Shown: positions 31,436 to 38,312 of the stretch, piece by piece | Position numbering within the stretch: the first letter of the stretch is position 1 | Layout of the letters: every line of letters starts with the position of its first letter | IMG/VR virus record: IMGVR_UViG_3300037483_000205 | Length of the DNA: 63,249 nucleotides | From: a virus | Direction: 5' to 3' (one strand) | The notes under the pieces: generated by a model | What the model saw: only the letters and a program-made list of their open reading frames with translations | The model's database searches: none | Told to the model about the DNA's origin: nothing | Made by a program: the position numbers and the translations under genes

Positions 31436-33996
31436 ACACAGTCCGAGTAGTCCAGAACCACCTCGTTCTTCGGTCCGAGAACGCAGCGCAATTGCGCTCG
31501 GTCTTCCCCCTCCTCAAGGAGGCGACGATCAAAGGCGAGAAGTTCCTGGCTGTACCCCACACGCTTGAGAGTGCGAAGGTCCTGAATAATTTGGGAGTCA
31601 GTGCTCCGAGTCCGATACGGACGAGATACGATTGGCCGGGGCGGTACACACCGAGATGGTATCAGGTTGATACCTCCGAGTTCTTCACGCTAAATATGCG
31701 ATGTTATTGCCTTTCGGCAATGCGATGCGTTGACAAGGATACTGAGTTCTTAACTCCAACCGGCTGGAAACAGATAGATAAGTACCAAGAGAACGACCTC
31801 GTAGCTCAGTGGGACAAGGATACCGGGCGAGCGGAATTTGTGTCCCCCCTTGAGTACATAGTCACTCCGTGCGACGAGTTTATTCATTTAAAGACCGCGA
31901 AGGGTATAGACCAGATGCTCACGCCAAAGCACAGGGTTCCGTATTATACTAGGTCCGGGGATTTCAAAGAAACCACTGCCGGGTATATACACTCAGTGAA
32001 CGTGGATGAAGCTTCTAGAGGCTGGCCTGGGTTTCTCCCAGTCGTGTTTCGAGCGCCGGTAAAAGAAGGAGTTCCGCTTACCGCAGAGCAGATACGTGTA
32101 ATGGTGATGGTGATGGCCGACGGGTATTTCCCTAGCCCTTCTACTGCCAGATGCCACATTAGAGTGAAGAAGGATCGCAAGAAGATTCGTGCTAGGGCGC
32201 TACTCTCCAATGCGGGGATAGTTTTTTCTGAGGTGCAAAAGGACTTCAGAACAGCAAAAGGCTATTCTGTGTTCAAGTTCTACGCCCCCAGACGAGAAAA
32301 AGAGTTTGCAGAGTGGTGGTGGGACTCTTCAGAAGACCAATTAAAGGTGATATCTGATGAGGTACGGTATTGGGATGGGTCGTTGTCCAGAGACGCCGGT
32401 GCTTTCCGGTTTAGTTCGTACTCGGAGAAGACCGCTGACTTCGTTCAATATGCTTGTGTGGCGTCAGGCATGTCAACGTCCAAGACGACAAACACTAGGC
32501 ACAGGAGGACAAGAGTAGACACTGAGTACTCACTTCACATCACCCCCAGCGATAAGCCGAAGAGTATTGTCGGAACAACCGGCAAGGGGGAGAAGATAAT
32601 AAATTCTAAGACAGTTCCGTCAGAAGATGGTTTATGCTACTGTTTTTCTGTTCCCTCTACGTACTTCATTGCCAGGAGGGGAGGTCGTGTTTTCATCACC
32701 GGCAATACAGGAAAAACGCTCAGTGCGCTCTGGGCCGCAGATTACCTCAGGCAAGCAGGAAAAGTGAAACGGACACTGATCGTCGCTCCGCTCTCTACCC
32801 TCTGGGACGTCTGGCAGACAAACATCTTCGAGTCGTTCCCACTCAGAACCTTCGCGGTGCTGCACGGCGACAGGAAGAAACGGCTCGCATTACTGGCGCA
32901 GCCTCACGATTTTTACATTGTGAATCATCATGGAGTACAAATAATAGAAAACGAACTTGCCTTGCGGAAAGATATAAACCTTGTGATAGTCGATGAGATC
33001 GCCACTTTTCGGTCAGCGAAGAACAAAAGGTCGAAAAATAGTAAGGGCGGCGTGTTGTGGGCACCTCTTAATGAGGTGCTTAATAAACAAGGAATTGTCC
33101 GTGCAGCGTGGGGTCTTACAGGATCGCCGACGCCAACTGGCCCTACCGACGCTTTCGGCCAGAGCAAGCTCATTACCCCGGAAAAACTGAAAGGGCATTT
33201 CACCGCTTGGAAACAGGAGACAATGCTCCAGGTCTCCTTATACAAATGGGTACCGAAGAAGGACTCGGCCAAAAGTGTAGCAAGGATACTTTCTCCATCT
33301 ATCCGGTTTGAGCGAACGGTCTGCACCGACATGGAACCATGTTACATCGAGCGACGAGCGCAGCTCTCCGAGGAACAGCAAAAGGCTTATCGCCAGCTTG
33401 TGAACCAAGCTGCGACCGACATTCGTGGGTCGATGGTGACAGCAGTTAACGCTGCGAATTTACTCAGTAAAATCATCCAAGTCAGCGCTGGCGTTGCCTA
33501 CGCAGCGGATGGATCGCTTGCGCGACTGGACTTCGGCCCTCGCCTTTCAGTCCTCGAAGAACTGATCGAGGAGAATAACGAGAAGGTCTTGGTCTTCGTC
33601 CCCTTTACCGGAGTGCTGGAAGCACTGGCAACGGAGCTGCGCAAAAGGTGGTCGGTCGCCATTGTAAATGGCGATGTATCCCCCGCTAAGAGGACGCAAG
33701 TATTCCGAGAGTTCCGGTCCTTGAAGGACCCTTGGATATTGCTCTGCCACCCGGACTGCATGGCCCACGGTCTGGACTTAACGACGGCGTCCCTTTCTAT
33801 TTGGTACGCTCCATACCTCAAGTCGGAGAAGTACCAGCAGGCGAACGCTCGGACCGACGGGAGCAAGCAGACAGCGAAGATCGACATCGCTCGGATTTAT
33901 GCAACGCCCGAGGAGAAACGGGCTTACGCCGTCCTTGAAGGTAATGGCCGGTATCAGGATATAGTCTTGGAACTTTCTAAGGAAAAGAGTTGGTGA
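31432..33996 (+). CDS. SNF2-family helicase precursor (intein-containing)
   Basis: Motif I is split: ..LSAMR | intein | TGKTLSAL. Motif II VIVDEIATFRS. C-terminal LLCHPDCMAHGLDL and QQANARTDGSKQ. Confidence 0.9.
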   Translation: MNTVRVVQNHLVLRSENAAQLRSVFPLLKEATIKGEKFLAVPHTLESAKVLNNLGVSAPSPIRTRYDWPGRYTPRWYQVDTSEFFTLNMRCYCLSAMRCVDKDTEFLTPTGWKQIDKYQENDLVAQWDKDTGRAEFVSPLEYIVTPCDEFIHLKTAKGIDQMLTPKHRVPYYTRSGDFKETTAGYIHSVNVDEASRGWPGFLPVVFRAPVKEGVPLTAEQIRVMVMVMADGYFPSPSTARCHIRVKKDRKKIRARALLSNAGIVFSEVQKDFRTAKGYSVFKFYAPRREKEFAEWWWDSSEDQLKVISDEVRYWDGSLSRDAGAFRFSSYSEKTADFVQYACVASGMSTSKTTNTRHRRTRVDTEYSLHITPSDKPKSIVGTTGKGEKIINSKTVPSEDGLCYCFSVPSTYFIARRGGRVFITGNTGKTLSALWAADYLRQAGKVKRTLIVAPLSTLWDVWQTNIFESFPLRTFAVLHGDRKKRLALLAQPHDFYIVNHHGVQIIENELALRKDINLVIVDEIATFRSAKNKRSKNSKGGVLWAPLNEVLNKQGIVRAAWGLTGSPTPTGPTDAFGQSKLITPEKLKGHFTAWKQETMLQVSLYKWVPKKDSAKSVARILSPSIRFERTVCTDMEPCYIERRAQLSEEQQKAYRQLVNQAATDIRGSMVTAVNAANLLSKIIQVSAGVAYAADGSLARLDFGPRLSVLEELIEENNEKVLVFVPFTGVLEALATELRKRWSVAIVNGDVSPAKRTQVFREFRSLKDPWILLCHPDCMAHGLDLTTASLSIWYAPYLKSEKYQQANARTDGSKQTAKIDIARIYATPEEKRAYAVLEGNGRYQDIVLELSKEKSW
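31726..32706 (+). mobile_element. 327-aa intein with a LAGLIDADG-type homing endonuclease, inserted in the helicase P-loop
   Basis: Block A CVDKDTEFLTPTGWKQI (Cys1 at 31726). Block B MLTPKHRV. LAGLIDADG-like IRVMVMVMADGYF and VRYWDGSLS. Blocks F/G CYCFSVPSTYFIARRGGRVFITGN then Thr+1 (Asn 32704-32706). Confidence 0.85.
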
Positions 33997-34000
33997 AAGG

Positions 34001-34876
34001 ATGAAAATAGGTATCCACGACGCCGATAAAACGAAGTTCCCCAATCTTGCCTTGATGAAGTTGAGCGCCGCGTACAAGCAGGCGGGTCATGATGTTGAGT
34101 TCTTCACCGCAGGAAAGCGGTATGATAAAGTAGTGGCTAGCAAGGTATTTACCTTTACTCCGAAAGATCCTGAATTACCGTCGACAGCAATTCTCGGGGG
34201 AGTAGGCTACGACGTTGCGAAGAAGCTCCCAGAGTCAGTAGAACATCTGATGCCTGATTACACCCTCTATGGATGCGATAGAAGCTATGGATTCCTTACT
34301 AGAGGGTGCCTGCGAAGCTGCCCTTGGTGCTTCGTTCCGAGGAAGGAGGGGGCCATCCGCCCCCACGCAGATGTAGACGAATTTCTTGCGCATGACTCAG
34401 TCGTCCTCATGGACAACAACGTCCTTGCCTGTGATCACGGCATAGCCCAGATCGAAAAGCTCGGCAGGCTCAGCGTGAAAGTAGACTTCAATCAGGGGAT
34501 GGATGCTCGCCTAATTGATGATTCGGTAGCGAGGCGCTTGAAGAAGGTTAAGTGGCTGCACCCAGTTCGTCTTGCTTGTGACTCCGCTTCGCAGATGCCG
34601 TCGATCCAGAAAGCGGTTACGTTGCTTAGGTGGCATGGTGTTACACCGAGCAAATACTTCGTATACGTATTGATTAAGGACGTTGAAGACGCTCTCGAAC
34701 GAGTGAAGTTCTTGCGAGGCATGTGGGTAGACCCGTTCTGCCAGCCGTATATAGACTTTGATGGCACTCCTCCGACACTCCTCCAGCGACAGCTCGCCAG
34801 GTGGGTGAATACGAAGCAGGCGTTTACCAGTATGTCGTTCGAAGATTACGTCGCTTGGCGAGGGGAGCGAGTGTAA
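34001..34876 (+). CDS. Radical SAM enzyme (unknown substrate)
   Basis: CLRSCPWC = CxxxCxxC (34307-34330). N-terminal Rossmann-like MKIGIHDADKTKFPNLALMKLSAAYKQAGHDVEFF. Confidence 0.8.
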   Translation: MKIGIHDADKTKFPNLALMKLSAAYKQAGHDVEFFTAGKRYDKVVASKVFTFTPKDPELPSTAILGGVGYDVAKKLPESVEHLMPDYTLYGCDRSYGFLTRGCLRSCPWCFVPRKEGAIRPHADVDEFLAHDSVVLMDNNVLACDHGIAQIEKLGRLSVKVDFNQGMDARLIDDSVARRLKKVKWLHPVRLACDSASQMPSIQKAVTLLRWHGVTPSKYFVYVLIKDVEDALERVKFLRGMWVDPFCQPYIDFDGTPPTLLQRQLARWVNTKQAFTSMSFEDYVAWRGERV

Positions 34877-34918
34877 AGTCAGTTCCTGACGAAAAGTCAG
34901 GTGACTAGCAAAAACCTC

Positions 34919-34947
34919 TTGACTATATATGTCAGGCCGGTTACAAT
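34919..34947 (+). promoter_or_regulatory. Sigma70 promoter TTGACT-N17-TACAAT driving the tRNA and downstream genes
   Basis: TTGACTatatatgtcaggccggtTACAAT. Twin of 25817..25845. Confidence 0.7.
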
Positions 34948-34967
34948 TAAGAAAATGAGGAACGAAA

Positions 34968-35042
34968 CGCGCCGTACCTCAAAGGTCAGAGGGCTTGCCT
35001 TATAAGCGAGTTATTCTGGTTCGAGTCCAGACGGCACTACCA
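34968..35042 (+). tRNA. tRNA-Ile(UAU): tRNA with anticodon UAU (Ile, AUA-reading) and an encoded CCA
   Basis: Hand-folded cloverleaf. U8. D stem 34977-80/34989-92 with GG in the loop. Anticodon stem 34994-98/35006-10 with loop CU-UAU-AA. T arm TCTGG-TTCGAGT-CCAGA. The acceptor stem pairs 5/7, with C1:U72 and C3:A70 mismatches. Confidence 0.75.
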
Positions 35043-35054
35043 AAATCAAAATTT

Positions 35055-35133
35055 CCTGCTACGCACCTGGTGACAGCATAGTGCTTTGCCCCTGATACTC
35101 GGGAGGTTCAGGTCACATCAGGTGCGTAGCAGG
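35055..35133 (+). promoter_or_regulatory. Long imperfect hairpin (~20-bp stem, ~37-nt loop) between the tRNA and the next CDS
   Basis: CCTGCTACGCACCTGGTGAC (35055-74) pairs with GTCACATCAGGTGCGTAGCAGG (35112-33). The right arm abuts and overlaps SD AGGAGAGGGGGAGAG of the ATG at 35146. Confidence 0.6.
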
Positions 35134-35145
35134 AGAGGGGGAGAG

Positions 35146-35352
35146 ATGGGAATGCGGATAGGTTTTGACGGCGGGTACAATCGGCTCGGCGTAATTCAGG
35201 TAGAACTAGCCAAGTGCTGCCGGTGTGATCACACCAAGATGTGTCTGGTCTCAGATTCCTCAGAGGGAGAATATGCTCCAGCCTGTATTTGCGAGGACTG
35301 CGCGGCCATCCTCTTCCGAGAGGAAGAGCGGTATGAGGGAGGGAAGTACTGA
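35146..35352 (+). CDS. Small Cys-rich protein (68 aa)
   Basis: I prefer the ATG at 35146 with a strong purine-rich SD over the TTG at 35086, which lies inside the hairpin loop. Confidence 0.65.
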   Translation: MGMRIGFDGGYNRLGVIQVELAKCCRCDHTKMCLVSDSSEGEYAPACICEDCAAILFREEERYEGGKY

Positions 35353-36227
35353 TGAAGAAAGCACTTCAAGACGCAATAACCGAGGCGGTAAAGCCGCCAT
35401 TCAGGGTCTTCGACCCTCTCAACGAGGAGCACCTGCTTGTTCCCGGAACGAAGGTCCGGTGGAAGGACGAAGCGTTCGACTGCGTCCGCAATGCGGAGGT
35501 CGTCGGCCTCCATGAGAACGGATGGTCTTGCTGGGTGGACGAGGGCCGGGGGCAGATACTTGTAAACTTATGTCACTTTGTGGCGATAAAGGAGGACCCG
35601 ATGGGAAGTAATAGGAGGGAGAACGCGCCGAGGGCGGAGCCGGAACAACCGGCGAAGAAGGCAGTAACTGCCGAGGACGTAGTCCGGGCGTACACCTGCA
35701 CCAAGGAGCGCATCAAGGCAGAGTTTTCTGCCTACGCTGCCAGAGTTGACGAAGCTAAGAAGTTGCTGGACGACGCACTGGCTCCGCTGGAGGTGGTCCA
35801 GGAGAAACGCGAGCAGTGGCTTTCTACCAAGGGGAGGTTGACTGCCGACTCTATAATCTCTGATTATATTGAAACGCGGGACGCGATCGACGAAGAGAAG
35901 CGAGCATACGAGGAACGCGTAGCGAACCTGAAAGCAGTCCAAGCCAAGCGAGAGCATTGGCTGACTTACGAACTGGACAAGTTAAAGCTGACAAGTTTCA
36001 AAAAAACTGGGGTGGGCATAGCCTTCTTCAAAACGCGAACGTCGGCGACGATGGCCGATGTAACGGAATTTGTTAAATGGGTCCAGGAGGACTGGGAGGG
36101 GAGGAACCACTTCTTGGAGAAGAGAGTATCGAAGACCGCGGTTGATGAGGCCGTCAAGGACGGGCTGACGCCGCCTCCAGGTACGTCGTACAGTACGACA
36201 AGGGTTGTCCAGATTAATCGAGGGTAA
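35352..36227 (+). CDS. Coiled-coil protein, possibly Gam/Gp157-like (DNA-end or recombination associated)
   Basis: 291 aa. Internal duplication (VVQEKREQWLS / AVQAKREHWLT). The C-terminal layout loosely recalls Mu Gam. Weak call. Confidence 0.3.
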   Translation: MKKALQDAITEAVKPPFRVFDPLNEEHLLVPGTKVRWKDEAFDCVRNAEVVGLHENGWSCWVDEGRGQILVNLCHFVAIKEDPMGSNRRENAPRAEPEQPAKKAVTAEDVVRAYTCTKERIKAEFSAYAARVDEAKKLLDDALAPLEVVQEKREQWLSTKGRLTADSIISDYIETRDAIDEEKRAYEERVANLKAVQAKREHWLTYELDKLKLTSFKKTGVGIAFFKTRTSATMADVTEFVKWVQEDWEGRNHFLEKRVSKTAVDEAVKDGLTPPPGTSYSTTRVVQINRG

Positions 36228-36240
36228 GGAGGAAGCAAGA

Positions 36241-36408
36241 ATGGAAGAATTTTTGCAGAAAATTTATGAGGTGTTCGACGACTTTAAGGACGATGCCGAC
36301 GCCCGAGCGGAGCAAGGCAACAAGGCCGCAGGCGCGAGATCGCGGAAGGCAAGTCTGGAACTGACCAAACTGTTCAAAGAATGGCGAAAGATCTCCGTCG
36401 GGAAATAA
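36241..36408 (+). CDS. Hc1-like histone H1-like DNA-binding protein
   Basis: 55 aa. AEQGNKAAGARSRKASLELTKLFKEWRKISV parallels chlamydial Hc1 KAEKGNKAAAQRVRTESIKLEKIAKVYRKESI (from memory). SD AGGAGGA. Confidence 0.55.
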   Translation: MEEFLQKIYEVFDDFKDDADARAEQGNKAAGARSRKASLELTKLFKEWRKISVGK

Positions 36409-36418
36409 AGGAGAAACT

Positions 36419-36697
36419 ATGAAAAAATTACTGGCCGCAGCCGAACTCTTTAGCGTTAAGCATGTATTCACACCAGGGCAGGTCGTAGAATGGAAACCTA
36501 ATATGAAGCATAAGCGTACAGAGGGTCCATTTGTAGTTGTTGATGTCATTGACCCCCCGGTATTTGACCAAGACAATAATTGCGGAACCCCGTATTTCCG
36601 CGAACCTCTTGATGTCGTTCTTGGGGCGCTCGATAACGACGGAGATTTTCTTACGTACCACTTCGACTCTCGCAGGTTCCAGCCGGTGGCAGAATAG
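36419..36697 (+). CDS. Hypothetical protein (92 aa)
   Basis: SD AAAGGAGAA. Confidence 0.75.
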   Translation: MKKLLAAAELFSVKHVFTPGQVVEWKPNMKHKRTEGPFVVVDVIDPPVFDQDNNCGTPYFREPLDVVLGALDNDGDFLTYHFDSRRFQPVAE

Positions 36698-36732
36698 CAA
36701 GACTATGTTTTCAAAATAAAGGAGAAAAACAA

Positions 36733-37830
36733 ATGAGTAACGATCTTATGATTCCCGACAAGTCGTCGGTCCCGAGTTTCCTTGTCGATGCTGTAGCCGC
36801 AGCGCAAAATTATGCCGACGCTTCCGCAGGAATAAGTGGGGGATTCCCCGCCAAGGTCAAACTGTCCGGCAAGCAGTTCACCCTTGTCGACGAGGGCGGA
36901 GAAGAGAAGCCGTACCCGCCCGCAGCACTGGTTGCCGACGCGGAGGGCAATGTATATCTGCCGGCGATAATGTTGGCTGCCAAAGGTCCATTATCCAAAG
37001 GGTGGTATCTCGAAAAATACAACCCGAACGCTCCAAAGTCCGAGCGGAAAGCCCCTGATTGTTTCAGTTTGGATGGGCTAAAGCCCGCTGCTGCATCTAC
37101 GGCGCCCCAATGCGAAACATGTGCAGCATGTCCGCACAATCAGTACGGGTCAGGGACCGATCAGAACGGCTCCCCTACGGACGGCAAAGCCTGCAATGAC
37201 AAAAAGGTACTGGCGATATACATTCCCAAATACGGGATCTATAAGTTCGAAATTCCTGGAGGGTCGCTGAAGAACTGGCGGAAGTTCACAGACCAGGTGA
37301 AGTTCAACCTGCCGGATGTGCCGTTCTACTCATTCAAGACTCTTATTGGGTTCGACCTGTCTACCACCAAGTCGATTCTCGTCTTCCGGTTCGGCGGGTA
37401 TGTAGGGGACGGCAAACCAGCGGAGCAGCAGAAGCAGCTTGTTGCCAAGGTTAAGGAGATGTCGCAGGAACAAGTTGTACTGGACATTATTAAGGACAGT
37501 CCCAACGGGGCGGTGTTGCCCGCGCTTCCCGCGCCTCCTCCGCCTGCCAAGCAGGCTGCACCTCCTCTCATCGAAGACGACGATCTCGGACTGGGCTTGG
37601 ACGACGGCAAAGCCGCCGCTGAGGCTGAGGCTGAGGCGAAAGCCAAGGCCGACGCCGCTAAGAAAACTAAGGCGGCTGCCGCCAAAAAGGCAAAAGCCGA
37701 AGCAGAGGCGAAAGCCAAGGCCGACGCCGAAGCTCTTGCTGCGCAAGCAGCGGCCAAGCCCGAAGTCTTCGACCCATCCGAGGTTTCGGACGAAGACCTC
37801 ATCAACGAGTTGGGACTGGACGATCTTTAA
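36733..37830 (+). CDS. Putative ssDNA-binding or recombination protein with an Ala/Lys/Glu low-complexity linker and acidic C-terminal tail
   Basis: 365 aa. Cys cluster CETCAACPHN...GKAC. C-terminal DPSEVSDEDLINELGLDDL is reminiscent of SSB acidic tails. The functional call is weak. Confidence 0.35.
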   Translation: MSNDLMIPDKSSVPSFLVDAVAAAQNYADASAGISGGFPAKVKLSGKQFTLVDEGGEEKPYPPAALVADAEGNVYLPAIMLAAKGPLSKGWYLEKYNPNAPKSERKAPDCFSLDGLKPAAASTAPQCETCAACPHNQYGSGTDQNGSPTDGKACNDKKVLAIYIPKYGIYKFEIPGGSLKNWRKFTDQVKFNLPDVPFYSFKTLIGFDLSTTKSILVFRFGGYVGDGKPAEQQKQLVAKVKEMSQEQVVLDIIKDSPNGAVLPALPAPPPPAKQAAPPLIEDDDLGLGLDDGKAAAEAEAEAKAKADAAKKTKAAAAKKAKAEAEAKAKADAEALAAQAAAKPEVFDPSEVSDEDLINELGLDDL

Positions 37831-37952
37831 AAGTTTCTGCAGTACGACCGGAGAAGTGATGGCCTAGTAGTGGAAGATTATGCGAAGAAACGCCACAGAA
37901 GGTTATAGCCCTGTACGCGAAACGCGCCGGATTTCTGGTTAAGAATGACTTC

Positions 37953-37978
37953 GCGGGGTGGAAAAGTAACCCCGCTTT
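37953..37978 (+). terminator. Hairpin GCGGGGT-N9-ACCCCGC followed by TTTAAA
   Basis: Lies in the 160-nt gap after the SSB-like gene. The U-run is short. Confidence 0.4.
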
Positions 37979-37990
37979 AAAGGACGAGAA

Positions 37991-38284
37991 ATGACAACAA
38001 AAGAGAAGGTAGAGCAAATCTTCCGGTCGATCGAGCGGGCGGAGATCAGCATGGTCGACGTGCAGCGGCTGACCAGCATAAGTAGAGAGACTCTCTACAA
38101 GTGGAAGGATGGGGGAAACATTAAGGATTTCTTGCGATTGAGCATTATGCTCAAGTTCGCTTCCCTCCTGGAGACGGCCTGTGGCGCAGGCGTTCTGCCC
38201 CTGCAGAACCCCATGAAGACCGACGAGAGAATCAAACTTTTGAGGAAAATCATTGCCAACGCAGCGACAAAGAAGGTAGAGTAG
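37991..38284 (+). CDS. HTH protein (97 aa)
   Basis: MVDVQRLTSISRETLYKWKDGGNI. SD AAAGGA. Confidence 0.7.
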   Translation: MTTKEKVEQIFRSIERAEISMVDVQRLTSISRETLYKWKDGGNIKDFLRLSIMLKFASLLETACGAGVLPLQNPMKTDERIKLLRKIIANAATKKVE

Positions 38285-38312
38285 GACCCCTATATAACTG
38301 CGGAGGCGGAAC

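Noticed and set aside
37618-37740. 25-nt perfect direct repeat gaggcgaaagccaaggccgacgccg (37633 and 37705)
   Set aside because: It lies inside the CDS and encodes the reiterated EAKAKADA low-complexity linker. It is an ordinary intragenic duplication, not a regulatory or CRISPR-like repeat.
37915-37945. Possible tRNA remnant: cgaaacgcgccg plus ttctggtt, shared with the 5' and T-arm parts of the tRNA at 34968
   Set aside because: Only a 12-mer and an 8-mer match. Repeats of that length are expected by chance many times in 63 kb. No cloverleaf is present.
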